A stretch of 59,386 nucleotides of DNA, filler included. It is 8 parts of 8 records of this genome, joined end to end, with 100 filler letters (N's around TTAATTAATTAA, not from the genome) between each part and the next. Parts side by side here need not be neighbours in the genome. Positions count along the whole stretch, not along the records: positions 8,859 to 21,228 come from SRR31156797_31899; 7 more parts are not named here. The stretch is one strand, 5' to 3'. This document shows, piece after piece, positions 9,290 to 19,977 of this stretch. Position 1 is the first letter of the stretch. Every line of letters starts with the position of its first letter. The notes under the pieces were generated by a model. That model had not been told where the DNA came from. It ran no database searches and saw nothing but the letters and a program-made list of their open reading frames with translations. The translations under genes were made by a program, and so were the position numbers.

Positions 9290-9766
9290 ATGCAAAAAAT
9301 CTTAAAACTGATGCTGTTGGGAGGCTTTCTTACATTGGGGCTTGTAGGAAAAGCACAGTCTTTCAGTATTCTTACCACAGGAGAAACATCCAAATCTTAC
9401 AGCTTGGATGATGTTGAAAAAGTAGTGTTTACAAATGATAATTTTAAGGTATATACCTCTAGTCGCGATGAGGATTCCTACAGTATTTATGTTATTGAAA
9501 AAATGATGTTTGGAGGAACTGCTACCAGTGTGGATGAAGCTACATCGGAAGACCCAATTAAGTTATACCCCAATCCCGTTAGCGATGTGCTTACCATTGA
9601 GTACGACGCAAATGTTGCATATGCCACCATTACCGATATGATGGGAGTTGTCATTAAAAACATCAGTCTTAATCCTGCTAAAACGACCATTAATGTGAGT
9701 TCCTTACAACCGGGAGTTTATCTCCTTAGCCTGGAAAAGCAAGTGGTTAAATTTATTAAGCAGTAA
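9290..9766 (+). CDS. Small secreted protein with T9SS type A C-terminal sorting domain
   Basis: Signal peptide; IKLYPNPVSDVLTI...INVSSLQPGVYLL...KFIKQ. Confidence 0.85.
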   Translation: MQKILKLMLLGGFLTLGLVGKAQSFSILTTGETSKSYSLDDVEKVVFTNDNFKVYTSSRDEDSYSIYVIEKMMFGGTATSVDEATSEDPIKLYPNPVSDVLTIEYDANVAYATITDMMGVVIKNISLNPAKTTINVSSLQPGVYLLSLEKQVVKFIKQ

Positions 9767-9778
9767 AAGTAGAGATAT

Positions 9779-12040
9779 ATGAAGAAGACGATTACTATAT
9801 TTTTTATGGCCATGATGCTGATGCCGGCCATAGCGCAACAATACATCAATATTTATAAGAATTCAGTCATCAATACTTACCAACTATACGAAGATGATAG
9901 TTTGTATTTTAACGATGCGCGCAGCATGCTTTATTTTAGCAATAACGGCTTGGTTAACGAGTTTGTTGTGGATAATGTAGATAGTGTTACTGTAACTGTG
10001 AATACCGATAATAACATTTATATCGATTTTCAGGAAGATGGTGTTAAAATTACCAATCCATTGTTAAGTAGCGGGGTTTCCATTACGAGCACAGGAAATC
10101 ATGTTACCATCAATTCCGTTTATGAAGTGAAGGATATCAATTATATCTGTTCGGGTACGGCAAGCGATGGATCTATCACCATGTATTCACCCAAGCGCTT
10201 TAACCTATTGCTCAATAATCTGGATTTAACCAATCCTTCAGGAGCAGCCATCAATATTCAATCCGATAAAAAGGCCACCATTCATGCTGTCAGTGGAACG
10301 TCTAATGTACTAACAGATGGAGCTACTTACGTGATTGCCGATGCTGAAATGGATATGAAAGCGGCTTTGTTTAGCGAGAGCAAGCTTAAGTTTATTGGTA
10401 CCGGAACACTTACGGTTAATGGATTAGGCGATGATAAACATGCGATTGCTTCAGATGATGAAGTGTTGCTTGAATCCGGAAATATTATTGTGACTTCGGC
10501 TAGTAAAGATGGCGTTCATGCTAAAGATGGATTTTATATGCAAGGAGGAGCTCTGACAATTACAGCAAGTGCCGATGGTATTGATGCTGATGAAGGTATT
10601 GTTGAAATTTTAAATGGTTCTATTACGGTTAATGATTTGTCTGATGACCAAAGTGCCATCAAGTGTGATAGTACTTTTACAGTTTCAGGAGGAACCATTG
10701 TGTTGGATGTGGCAGGAGATCAGTCTAAAGGATTTAAGAGTAAGCAAGGTATGTTTTTATTAGGAGGTAGCATAAGTGGAACAGCTTCTGGTGATGTAGT
10801 GCTGGAAGCCTCCGGTTCTGGTTATGATGCATCTTATTGTACCTTTATTAAAGCCGATAGTAGTATTGTAATAGATGGAGCCAGTATTGATATTGTCACT
10901 ACAGGAACGGCAGCAAGAGGTTTATCCGGTGATGTGGATATAAATATGGAAAGTGGTGAATTGACTGTTGTTTCCAGCGGTAATGGAGGTGCCTATACCA
11001 ATGCAGACGGAGAAGCAGATGCCTATCATGGCGCTTGTATTAAAGTGGATGGTAATTTAAATATTTATGGAGGAACAGTAGCCTTATCCAATTCAGGTAG
11101 CGGAGGAAAAGGAATTTCGAGCGATAACGATATTGTCATAGGCGATGGAGCTACAGAGCCTGTTGTAAGCGTAACGACAACTGGTAGTAAAATAACCGTT
11201 TCATCAACCGCAAGTTTTGGAGGTCCGGGAGGAGGTCCGGGAGGATTTGGTGGTGAAGATGATGATTACGATGAGTCAAAAGCCATTAAAGCAGATGTAG
11301 CCTTTGTAATGAATAGCGGTGAGCTAAATGTGAATTCTGCTGATGATGGAATCAAGGCATTGGAATCTATTACTTTTGAAAATGGAGTGGTGAATATTAC
11401 TAATGCCATTGAAGGAGTTGAAGCACCTAATATTACTTGCAACGATGGGGAAGTGAATATTAATTGTTCCGATGATGGTTTTAATGCAACTTACGGTTCT
11501 GGAGGTGAAGAGAGTGATGGTAGCCTGTTGGCCATTAATGGAGGACAAATATATATTAGTGCTTCCGGAGGTGATGCCTTGGATAGCAATGGCGAAATTG
11601 AGGTTAATGGAGGGACAACTATTGTACATGGTCCTCCGTCATCACCAGAAGTAGGGCTGGATGTAAACGGAACAGCTTTAGTTTCAAATGGTCTTATTGT
11701 GATATCAGGAATTAACTCCAATATGTCTGAAGGATTTAGTACTTCATCGAGCCAGTATTCTTTAATTCTTAAGTCAAACTCTACGCTAAGTGCCAATAGT
11801 ATTATTCATATTCAGGATGCTTCGGGTAATGATATTTGCAGCTTTGCCCCGGAAAGAAATTACAGTCACATTGTATTTTCATCACCTGAGTTAAGTTCCG
11901 GATCGACCTATTATATTTATACTGGTGGATCTTATTCCGGAACCAATACCAATGGTTTGTATACCGATGGTACTTATTCCGCAGGAACGCAAAAAACATC
12001 TTTTACTATTTCAAGTAAAGTAACAACAGTGAGCTTTTAA
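9779..12040 (+). CDS. Cthe_2159/DUF4353-like beta-helix carbohydrate-binding protein
   Basis: Repeated DGIDAD, DDGIKA, GDALDSNG and I.GG turns; Gly-rich GGPGG linker; SSPEL..G..Y C-terminal region. Confidence 0.8.
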   Translation: MKKTITIFFMAMMLMPAIAQQYINIYKNSVINTYQLYEDDSLYFNDARSMLYFSNNGLVNEFVVDNVDSVTVTVNTDNNIYIDFQEDGVKITNPLLSSGVSITSTGNHVTINSVYEVKDINYICSGTASDGSITMYSPKRFNLLLNNLDLTNPSGAAINIQSDKKATIHAVSGTSNVLTDGATYVIADAEMDMKAALFSESKLKFIGTGTLTVNGLGDDKHAIASDDEVLLESGNIIVTSASKDGVHAKDGFYMQGGALTITASADGIDADEGIVEILNGSITVNDLSDDQSAIKCDSTFTVSGGTIVLDVAGDQSKGFKSKQGMFLLGGSISGTASGDVVLEASGSGYDASYCTFIKADSSIVIDGASIDIVTTGTAARGLSGDVDINMESGELTVVSSGNGGAYTNADGEADAYHGACIKVDGNLNIYGGTVALSNSGSGGKGISSDNDIVIGDGATEPVVSVTTTGSKITVSSTASFGGPGGGPGGFGGEDDDYDESKAIKADVAFVMNSGELNVNSADDGIKALESITFENGVVNITNAIEGVEAPNITCNDGEVNINCSDDGFNATYGSGGEESDGSLLAINGGQIYISASGGDALDSNGEIEVNGGTTIVHGPPSSPEVGLDVNGTALVSNGLIVISGINSNMSEGFSTSSSQYSLILKSNSTLSANSIIHIQDASGNDICSFAPERNYSHIVFSSPELSSGSTYYIYTGGSYSGTNTNGLYTDGTYSAGTQKTSFTISSKVTTVSF

Positions 12041-12063
12041 GGTTAGGTTTTGTTAAATAAATC

Positions 12064-12096
12064 AGGCCCGGTGGAGTATTTTTCATCGGGCTTTTT
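12064..12096 (+). terminator. Intrinsic terminator
   Basis: AGGCCCGGTGGA-loop-TTCATCGGGCTTTTT. Confidence 0.7.
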
Positions 12097-12324
12097 ATAT
12101 TGGTATATCATGAGGGTGTTCAAAGTTCAACTCCTCCAGAGTTGCTTTGTAGAGTAATTTTTAGATTTATAGGGATATCCTTTTCGGGAATAATAAAACC
12201 TCTGTGTCTTTGTGTCCCAGTGTTATTTTTAGTTGATTTCATCTTACATCATCCTAAAAAGGTATTTGTAAAGCATATTTACACATAGTAACAATCTCAA
12301 AAAAAAGATTTAGTTTTGCCGTCG

Positions 12325-12663
12325 ATGAATAAAAGACAACTTCATAACGTTCAGTCTGTAAAGCTTTATTTTAAACAATGGAAAAATAAAAGCTTTGCTG
12401 CATTTTGCTCTATGGGCAAGGTGGTGCATATTGGATGTTTGTCTGTTTCTGTTGCGCAATGGATAGGTAAGCTGATTGAATTGGTGGATGAAATTAGTCA
12501 GTTATGTCAGGATCGAGAAGCTGAAGATGACGAGGCCTGTATACAGGAGCTGGATTTATTGCAGGTATTGCCTGTTGAAGTTACTGCAGATGTAATTTGT
12601 GGGAGAAGTATAGATAATAAATTAAAATATGAACTGCCGTTAATTGGATGTATTTCCGATTAA
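12325..12663 (+). CDS. Hypothetical 112-aa ORF ahead of bioB (candidate leader peptide)
   Basis: ATG 12325 just after a Bacteroidota -7 box TAGTTTTG (12311-12318). Contains YFKQWKNKSFAAFCSMGKVVHIGCL. Confidence 0.65.
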   Translation: MNKRQLHNVQSVKLYFKQWKNKSFAAFCSMGKVVHIGCLSVSVAQWIGKLIELVDEISQLCQDREAEDDEACIQELDLLQVLPVEVTADVICGRSIDNKLKYELPLIGCISD

Positions 12664-12674
12664 CGGCTTTTTTT
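12636..12674 (+). terminator. Intrinsic terminator between the leader ORF and bioB
   Basis: GCCGTTAATTGGA-TGTATT-TCCGATTAACGGC (13 bp with one G-U) followed by T7. The leader stop codon lies in the 3' arm. Confidence 0.8.
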
Positions 12675-12680
12675 GTCCTT

Positions 12681-13661
12681 ATGGTAAACGATTTAAAACA
12701 ACGCGTATTAGCAGGTGGAACCATCACCGAGAAAGAAGCTTTATGGCTTTTACACGAAGCCGATAAAGAGGAGTTATATCAGGCGGCTAACGAAATTCGT
12801 CTTCGTTTTAAAGGAAACGAAATGGAAATGTGTAGCATAATGAATGCCAAGTCGGGTAAATGTACCCAGGACTGTAAATGGTGTTCGCAATCGATGTTTC
12901 ACAAAACCAATGTAGAGGAATATGAGTTGGTGGATTTGAAACAGGCTGAAAAGCAAGCCAAAGAAAATGCTGAAAAAGGAGTAAACAAATTCTCATTGGT
13001 AACCAGTGGAAGATCCATCTCGAATAAAAACCTTGATCAGCTGTGCGGTGTGTATAAAAATATTCAGAAAACAACGCCAATCCACTTATGCGCTTCCATG
13101 GGATTATTAAATCTGGATCAGCTGGAAAAGCTAAAGGAAGCCGGTGTGGAGCATTACCACTGTAACATTGAAACAGCTCCTTCTTTCTTCCCTAAAGTGG
13201 TGACCTCGCATACCATGGAAGAAAAAATCAGAACCATTCGTTTTGCACAGCAATTAGGTATGGGAGTTTGTTCTGGAGGTATTATCGGTATGGGAGAAAC
13301 ACCGGAGCAACGAGTGGAAATGGCATTTACATTAAAGGAGCTGGATATTGAATCTATTCCAATTAATATTTTAATGTCTGTAGAAGGTGCAGCTTTAAAG
13401 GTAGAAGAACCTATTTCGGATGAGGAGATTTTAACCACATTTGCCTTGTTCCGTTTTATTAATCCAACGGCCAATATCCGTTTAGCCGGAGGTAGAAGCC
13501 TGATTGCACACATCCAGGATAAAGCGTTGGCTGCCGGAGTAAGTGCTGCATTGGTGGGTGATTACCTGACTACCATTGGAACTAATATTAACCAGGATAA
13601 GGAAATTTTCCAGAATGCTGGTTTTACCCTCTCTCAGAATAAGTGTAAACAGCACGTATAA
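12681..13661 (+). CDS. bioB: Biotin synthase
   Basis: NAKSGKCTQDCKWCSQS radical SAM motif, YHCNIET, CSGGIIGMGE, SIPIN, RLAGGR, GDYLTT. Start placed at ATG 12681. Confidence 0.95.
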   Translation: MVNDLKQRVLAGGTITEKEALWLLHEADKEELYQAANEIRLRFKGNEMEMCSIMNAKSGKCTQDCKWCSQSMFHKTNVEEYELVDLKQAEKQAKENAEKGVNKFSLVTSGRSISNKNLDQLCGVYKNIQKTTPIHLCASMGLLNLDQLEKLKEAGVEHYHCNIETAPSFFPKVVTSHTMEEKIRTIRFAQQLGMGVCSGGIIGMGETPEQRVEMAFTLKELDIESIPINILMSVEGAALKVEEPISDEEILTTFALFRFINPTANIRLAGGRSLIAHIQDKALAAGVSAALVGDYLTTIGTNINQDKEIFQNAGFTLSQNKCKQHV

Positions 13662-13749
13662 TGGGCATAAAGAAGTTATAGACGAAGCTATAATAGGGAT
13701 ATTTAAGTCTTTATACTTTCGTCTTAATACTTTATACTAAACGGACAAA

Positions 13750-15039
13750 ATGAACAAACAACAACTTCAATTCGATAAAGAACATATTTGGCATCCCTAC
13801 ACTTCTACCACCAATCCATTACCCGTGTATCCGGTGGAGAAAGTGGAAGGTTGTACCATTCATCTTTCATCCGGTGAAAAACTGGTGGATGGTATGTCTT
13901 CGTGGTGGGCAGCTGTGCACGGCTACAATCATCCAGTGCTGAATAAAGCTGTGGAGGATCAGCTTAAGAAAATGTCGCATATCATGTTTGGTGGTATTAC
14001 GCACGAACCTGCCATTAAACTGGCCAAAAAGCTGTTAGAGATAACGCCGGAAGCATTACAAAAGGTTTTCTTTTGTGATTCAGGTTCTGTATCTGTGGAG
14101 GTGGCTTTAAAGATGGCCTTGCAATACTGGTACAGCAAAAACAAACCTCATAAAGGAAAGTTTGCTACTATCCGAAATGGTTATCATGGTGATACCTGGC
14201 ATGCCATGTCGGTATGCGATCCGGAAACCGGGATGCACCATATCTTTAATGGTCGTTTGCCCATCCATTATTTTGCTGATCAACCTGCCTGTCGATTTGA
14301 AGACGCTTTTAAAGAGGAAGATATTCAATCTTTAAAAGGCATTGTGGAGGATAAGCATGAAGAACTGGCGGCTATCATCCTTGAACCTGTTGTGCAGGGA
14401 GCCGGAGGTATGTGGTTTTATTCTCCCGATTATTTAAAGGCGGTAAGGGAGCTGTGCGATCAGTATGATATATTACTTATTGCCGATGAAATTGCCACTG
14501 GCTTTGGTCGTACCGGGGAGTTGTTTGCCTGCAATCATGCTTCGGTTACACCGGATATTATGTGTTTGGGTAAAGCCATCACCGGAGGATATATGAGTTT
14601 TGCAGCGACTTTGGCAACCAGCAATGTGGCAGATACCATTAGTAACGGAACGCCGGGTGTTTTTATGCACGGCCCCACTTTTATGGGTAATCCGCTGGCT
14701 TGTGCCGTGGCTAATACAAGTATCGAATTATTATTATCTGATGACTGGCAGGCTAAAGTAAAACATATAGAACAAAAGCTGAATGAAGGTTTGTCTAATT
14801 GCAAATCTCTAAATATTGTAAACGATGTACGATGTTTGGGTGCTATAGGCGTGGTGGAGTTGAAGGAGTCAGTTGATATGGGTGTGATTCAAAAAGCATT
14901 TGTAGAAAAAGGCGTTTGGGTGCGTCCTTTTGGCAAAATGGTTTACCTGATGCCTCCTTTTGTCATCTCCGATGAAGAGTTGGAAAAACTATGTACTGCT
15001 TTGTTTGAGGTAGTGAATGAAAATATGGAGGCGAAATGA
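13750..15039 (+). CDS. bioA: DAPA aminotransferase
   Basis: [49 protein letters not shown]. Confidence 0.95.
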   Translation: MNKQQLQFDKEHIWHPYTSTTNPLPVYPVEKVEGCTIHLSSGEKLVDGMSSWWAAVHGYNHPVLNKAVEDQLKKMSHIMFGGITHEPAIKLAKKLLEITPEALQKVFFCDSGSVSVEVALKMALQYWYSKNKPHKGKFATIRNGYHGDTWHAMSVCDPETGMHHIFNGRLPIHYFADQPACRFEDAFKEEDIQSLKGIVEDKHEELAAIILEPVVQGAGGMWFYSPDYLKAVRELCDQYDILLIADEIATGFGRTGELFACNHASVTPDIMCLGKAITGGYMSFAATLATSNVADTISNGTPGVFMHGPTFMGNPLACAVANTSIELLLSDDWQAKVKHIEQKLNEGLSNCKSLNIVNDVRCLGAIGVVELKESVDMGVIQKAFVEKGVWVRPFGKMVYLMPPFVISDEELEKLCTALFEVVNENMEAK

Positions 15040-16208
15040 TGGAAGCATATCAAAACGAAATCATTCAGTTGGAGAATATGGGGCAGAACAGAAGCCTGAA
15101 AGCCATCGAAAATGGTGAAAATGGTTCTTGTGAGTACCAAAGCAGACAGATGCTCAATTTATCATCCAACGATTACTTGGGTTTAGCAACTGACACCAAG
15201 CTGAAAGATGATTTTTTGCAGCAGCTTCAGCAAAATCTGCATTGGTTGGCATTGGGAAGTGGGTCTTCCAGGTTGCTGACTGGTAATACTTCTTTGTACG
15301 ATGAAACGGAAGTGGCTTTAAAAGAATGGTATCAGGCAGAAGCTGCTTTGTTTTTTAATAGTGGTTATCATGCCAACTCCGGAATTTTACCAGCTTTGGC
15401 TCAAAAAGGAGATCTTATTTTATCTGATAAATTATGTCATGCTAGTCTAATTGATGGCATTCGTTTGAGTGCTGCCGATCAGGTTAGATACCGTCATGCT
15501 GAATATACACATTTGGAATCCATTCTTGAGAAGCGCAGACATTTATATCAACGTGTTTTTATTGTTTCTGAATCGGTTTTTAGCATGGACGGAGATGCAA
15601 TTGACCTGCATCGTTTGGTTGCTATTAAAGAAAAGTATGATGCCATTTTGTATATAGATGAGGCACACGCAGTTGGTGCTTTAGGTGAGAATGGACTTGG
15701 TTTATGCGAAGTACAAGGTGTGGTTAATAAGATAGATATCATTCTAGGAACCATGGGTAAAGCGATGGCTTCCGTCGGCGCGTATGCTATCCTTAGTGAT
15801 ACGCTAAAAAAAGTATTGATCAACAAAGCACGAACCTTGATTTTTACTACTGCATTGCCTTCTGTTAATATGGCCTGGTCCAAATTTATTATTGAACGCA
15901 TGGTTGCATTTAAACCGCACCGTCAAAAGTTGCAGCAATTAACGGATCATTGTAATATCAAAGTTAAAGAACTCGGGTTTGAACCATCCAATGGATATAT
16001 TATTCCGTTTATCGTTGGCGAAAACAAAGTAGCAGTTGCTTTAGCAGAACATCTTCAAAGTAAGGGTTTCTTAATATTCCCTATTCGACCGCCAACAGTT
16101 CCCAAGGGCACGGCACGTTTAAGAATGTCGTTGACTGCCAATTTAAATCCTGAAGATATAGATAATGCGATGGAAGAAATTAAAATCTTTATGACAGATC
16201 TATTGTAA
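15036..16208 (+). CDS. bioF: 8-amino-7-oxononanoate synthase
   Basis: [43 protein letters not shown]. Confidence 0.93.
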   Translation: MMEAYQNEIIQLENMGQNRSLKAIENGENGSCEYQSRQMLNLSSNDYLGLATDTKLKDDFLQQLQQNLHWLALGSGSSRLLTGNTSLYDETEVALKEWYQAEAALFFNSGYHANSGILPALAQKGDLILSDKLCHASLIDGIRLSAADQVRYRHAEYTHLESILEKRRHLYQRVFIVSESVFSMDGDAIDLHRLVAIKEKYDAILYIDEAHAVGALGENGLGLCEVQGVVNKIDIILGTMGKAMASVGAYAILSDTLKKVLINKARTLIFTTALPSVNMAWSKFIIERMVAFKPHRQKLQQLTDHCNIKVKELGFEPSNGYIIPFIVGENKVAVALAEHLQSKGFLIFPIRPPTVPKGTARLRMSLTANLNPEDIDNAMEEIKIFMTDLL

Positions 16209-16213
16209 TTAGT

Positions 16214-16888
16214 ATGAAGCAAACCTGGATTCAAAATAACAACAGCAAACTAATCGTATTTTTTAATGGATGGGGGTGTGAAGTGCATCGATTCACCCAT
16301 TTAGTAACGCAATTCTATGATATATTATTTTTAAATGATTACCGGGATTTGACTCTATCTAAAGAAGTGTTGGATGAGGTAAAATCATATGAAGAGATTA
16401 ATGTGATAGCCTGGTCGTATGGTGTTTGGGTTGGATCAAAAGTATGTGCAGCATACGAATTGCCAGTTAATTATGCAGTAGCCGTAAATGGAACATGTAT
16501 GCCAATGCATGATAAGTATGGCATTTCAGAAGAGATTACCATAGGAACACTGGAAAATTTATCTGAAAGAAACTTGATGAAATTTCAACGCAGAATGGTA
16601 GGAGGCAGTGGAGGCTGGAAACGTTTTGAAGCAGAAAAGTCTCATAGAGAGCTGGCAGAGAAAAAAGAAGAATTAGCAGCACTGATACAACAATTCGAAA
16701 CGAACCAGGAAGTGCCTGAGTTTTATAATAAGGCCATTGTGGGTAAAAACGATTTAATATTTGCAGCGCAGAATCAAAAGACCTTTTGGCAAGGAAAGGT
16801 TGAAGTAGTAGAAATAGAAGCGCCTCATTTTTGTTTCTGGAATTACAATACATGGGAAGATATTTTAAAGGAGGATGAGCATGATTGA
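16214..16888 (+). CDS. bioG: Pimeloyl-ACP methyl ester esterase, BioG/DUF452 family
   Basis: VFFNGWG, DYRDL, AWSYGV nucleophile elbow, AVNGT, APH; sits between bioF and bioC. Confidence 0.85.
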   Translation: MKQTWIQNNNSKLIVFFNGWGCEVHRFTHLVTQFYDILFLNDYRDLTLSKEVLDEVKSYEEINVIAWSYGVWVGSKVCAAYELPVNYAVAVNGTCMPMHDKYGISEEITIGTLENLSERNLMKFQRRMVGGSGGWKRFEAEKSHRELAEKKEELAALIQQFETNQEVPEFYNKAIVGKNDLIFAAQNQKTFWQGKVEVVEIEAPHFCFWNYNTWEDILKEDEHD

Positions 16889-17660
16889 AACCGTAGCAGT
16901 GAAGCAGGAGCACAATAAAAGTTTATTGCAAAAGAGATTTAGCTGTGCTTGTAAAACGTATGACACGCATGCTGTTGTACAAAAAAACATGGCTGACATT
17001 ACCGTTGATTTAGCTAGCAAGCACGTCTCTAAGCATCAAAAAAAGATGATGGAGATAGGCTGCGGTACGGGTTTGCTAACAGGCAGGGTCATGCAGGAAT
17101 TTCAGTGCTCTCACTACTGGGCTAATGATTTGGTTGGAGAGGTTGAAGGCGTGATTAGTGCTAAGATAAAAGAAGATACTTTGTTTTCATTTCAGCAGGG
17201 AGATGCAGAAAAGATCGAATTTCCTTTAGCTCAGGATGTGATTTGGTCAGGAGCAACTATTCAGTGGATAAAGAATCTGGATGTGTTTTTTGCTCGTCTG
17301 GCAGCATCGCTCAAGCAAAATGCTTATGCAGCACTTTCTTCCTTTGATGTTTGTAATTTTAAAGAAGTAAAAGCAATTACCGGCAAAGGAATTGACTACA
17401 AGGGAATGGATGAAGTATTGGATGTGGCCTCTTCATATTTCAATGTATTGGACAAAAAGAACTGGCAACAAGTATTGTATTTCGATTCACCCAAATCCGT
17501 TTTGAAACATATGCGTTTTACGGGTGTAAATGCTGTTTCTCCTACAAAATGGGGCAAGGCCGATTTGGAGCAGTTTAATCATTCCTACGAATTGTTTAAG
17601 ATGCCTGAAGGCTACCCTTTAACATATCATCCTTTTGTCCTTATCTTACAAAAAAAATAA
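16881..17660 (+). CDS. bioC: Malonyl-ACP O-methyltransferase
   Basis: YDTHAVVQ, EIGCGTG, GDAE, TGVNA, LTYHP. Confidence 0.9.
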   Translation: MIETVAVKQEHNKSLLQKRFSCACKTYDTHAVVQKNMADITVDLASKHVSKHQKKMMEIGCGTGLLTGRVMQEFQCSHYWANDLVGEVEGVISAKIKEDTLFSFQQGDAEKIEFPLAQDVIWSGATIQWIKNLDVFFARLAASLKQNAYAALSSFDVCNFKEVKAITGKGIDYKGMDEVLDVASSYFNVLDKKNWQQVLYFDSPKSVLKHMRFTGVNAVSPTKWGKADLEQFNHSYELFKMPEGYPLTYHPFVLILQKK

Positions 17661-17669
17661 AGAACCAAT

Positions 17670-18350
17670 ATGTCAACCTATTTTATATCGTCTATTGATA
17701 CAGATGCCGGAAAAACGATCATAACCGGATTGCTGGCAAGGCATCTAAAGCAACAAGGTCGTGATGTAATCTCAATGAAAATGGCTCAGACAGGCTGTTT
17801 GGAATACTCAGAAGATATTGAAAAGCATCGTCAGATAATGGGAATGAAGTTGCTGGAAATAGATAAAAAGCAGGAGACTTGTCCCTACCTATTTAAATTT
17901 CCTGCTTCGCCTCATTTAGCTGCCGATATGGAGTGTGTTCGAATTGATGAAGATAGAGTTTATCAGGCTGTACAAAATATGGAGATGCAGTTTAAAGATG
18001 TGTTGGTTGAAGGAGTGGGCGGTTTAATGGTTCCTCTAAATGATGAAGTAATGGTGGTTGATTTTGTACAACAACATCAATTACCTGTTATATTGGTAAC
18101 ATCAGGAAGATTAGGTTCTATCAATCACACTTTACTTTCGTTAGAAGTGATGAAAAACAGAGGAATTGATATATATGGTGTGATCTATAATTATTATCCG
18201 GTGACCGCCACTGAAATAACAGCAGATTCAGCTAAGGTGATTAAAACTCATCTGAAAAAGTACTATCCAAATGCACTTTGGGGTGAAGTTCCGGTTATTA
18301 ATGAAGGAGAAGAATTGCCTGAGCTGGAGTTGGGGAGTGATTGGTTTTAA
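17670..18350 (+). CDS. bioD: Dethiobiotin synthase
   Basis: IDTDAGKT, KMAQTG, ASPHLAA, VEGVGGLMVP, LGSINHTLL. Confidence 0.93.
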   Translation: MSTYFISSIDTDAGKTIITGLLARHLKQQGRDVISMKMAQTGCLEYSEDIEKHRQIMGMKLLEIDKKQETCPYLFKFPASPHLAADMECVRIDEDRVYQAVQNMEMQFKDVLVEGVGGLMVPLNDEVMVVDFVQQHQLPVILVTSGRLGSINHTLLSLEVMKNRGIDIYGVIYNYYPVTATEITADSAKVIKTHLKKYYPNALWGEVPVINEGEELPELELGSDWF

Positions 18351-18353
18351 ACA

Positions 18354-18393
18354 AAAACACCAGCTGGTTTAATTGCCAACTGGTGTGTTATTT
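18354..18393. terminator. Probable bidirectional terminator between convergent bioD and mltD
   Basis: AACACCAGCTGG-loop-CCAACTGGTGTGTT hairpin with A- and T-rich flanks. Confidence 0.55.
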
Positions 18394-19950
18394 TTAGCTT
18401 TTGGGTTTAATCTTTAATTTCTGACCTGGATTAATTTTAGATGAACTGGTTAATCCATTGAGTCGCATAATATCGGCATTGGATATTCCCGGGTATTTTT
18501 TAGCGATAGACCAAAGGTTGTCTCCGCTTCTAACCGTGTAATATTCGTAATTTGCATCCAGCGTTTTGGGAGTAGATTTAGAGCTAGCTGTAGTAGTTTT
18601 TACGGTACTTCCATTTGCCTTTTGTTTTTCGGCATAACTCATGGAATTTATTTTACTGTAATAATCCACTTTGTTTTTCGGTACATAAATCACCAATTTT
18701 TGTCCAACACGAATGATATTTCGTCTGATATTATTCCAGTAACGTAAGTCGGAGGTATACACATCATACCAATCTGCAATTAAACCAACAGCATCACCCG
18801 ATTTAACGGTATAAAAAACTTTAGCCTTGTTTTTTGGAGCAGCCGGAGTGCTGTAATGATTGGAAGGATTTACAACCAAACGATCTGAAGCAAAATATTT
18901 CTCGCGTTTATATTTAAAAATGGAATCCTCTAAAGAAATAAATTGTTCTGTGGCATCAAATGGTAATTTCAGACAGTATTTTTTCTTTTGTGCAGGAACA
19001 ACGTCTCTGCGATATTGTGGATTCAGCGCTCTAAGTGTCTCTGTAGAAATACCTGTAACTGCTGACACTTGATTAAAATGCAATAAATCCGAAACCATAA
19101 TCGTATCAGTAGCCTGAACGATATCGGCAGGTTGTGGCTCAATTAAATGTTCCTTGTAATAATTCATGGTATAAGCTGCAGCTATAAATGCAGGAACATA
19201 GCCACGAGTTTCTTTAGGTAATCGATAATAGATTTTCCAGAAATCACGTTTACCTCCGGAGCGATAAATGGCTTTATTTACATTTCCCGGGCCACAGTTA
19301 TATGCAGCAATTACTAGGTACCAATCTTTGTATTTTTTATATAAATCTTTCAGGTATTTAACGGCTGCTTGAGTAGATTTTACCGGATCTCTTCTTTCGT
19401 CGATATAGGAATTCACATTTAATCCGTACATCTTTCCGGTTCCATACATAAACTGCCATAAACCAGATGCACCGGCTCTTGAAAATGCTTTAGGATTTAA
19501 AGCTGATTCGATGATGGGAAGAAATTTTAATTCTATTGGAAGTTCTTCTTTATCCAACTCTTGTTCAAATAGCGGGAAGTAATACTCAGAAAGTCCAAGC
19601 ATTACGCCAACCTGATCTCTTCTTTTTTGTGTGTATAATTCAATATAAGCTTTCACTTTTGAATTAAAAGGAAACTCCATTGGAGATTCAATAGCTTGTA
19701 ATCGCTCTATATATACAGAATCTGCTATTACTCTTGGAAAATCAATTGGAGCTGTAACAGTTGGGTTTGCCAGACTATCCAGGTTTTCGGTAAAAAAACC
19801 ACTTTCAACATTGCCATCCAGTTTTACTGAATCTTGTTGTATGGAGTCAGCTTGGATGGTTAACGTGTCAGATAAAACAGTATTTTGTTGGGCTTGTATT
19901 GAATAACAGGATGTAGCAAGTGCTATTCCTAATATTACTTTCTTAAACAT
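18394..19950 (-). CDS. mltD: MltD-like lytic transglycosylase with two LysM domains
   Basis: IIESALNP, GASGLWQFM, AAYNCGPG, ETRGYVP; LysM YTVKSGD and YTVRSGDNLW. Confidence 0.88.
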   Translation of the reverse strand: MFKKVILGIALATSCYSIQAQQNTVLSDTLTIQADSIQQDSVKLDGNVESGFFTENLDSLANPTVTAPIDFPRVIADSVYIERLQAIESPMEFPFNSKVKAYIELYTQKRRDQVGVMLGLSEYYFPLFEQELDKEELPIELKFLPIIESALNPKAFSRAGASGLWQFMYGTGKMYGLNVNSYIDERRDPVKSTQAAVKYLKDLYKKYKDWYLVIAAYNCGPGNVNKAIYRSGGKRDFWKIYYRLPKETRGYVPAFIAAAYTMNYYKEHLIEPQPADIVQATDTIMVSDLLHFNQVSAVTGISTETLRALNPQYRRDVVPAQKKKYCLKLPFDATEQFISLEDSIFKYKREKYFASDRLVVNPSNHYSTPAAPKNKAKVFYTVKSGDAVGLIADWYDVYTSDLRYWNNIRRNIIRVGQKLVIYVPKNKVDYYSKINSMSYAEKQKANGSTVKTTTASSKSTPKTLDANYEYYTVRSGDNLWSIAKKYPGISNADIMRLNGLTSSSKINPGQKLKIKPKS

Positions 19951-19977
19951 TTTGGTTTGTTTTTAATGTTGTGTTTC

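Noticed and set aside
11219-11245. GGAGGTCCGGGA tandem repeat
   Set aside because: It encodes the ordinary GGPGG linker of Cthe_2159-like proteins.
3740-18350. Apparent biotin super-cluster (birA-bioY-ECF plus bioBAFGCD)
   Set aside because: The two halves are on different contigs separated by an artificial spacer and differ strongly in GC and gene style.
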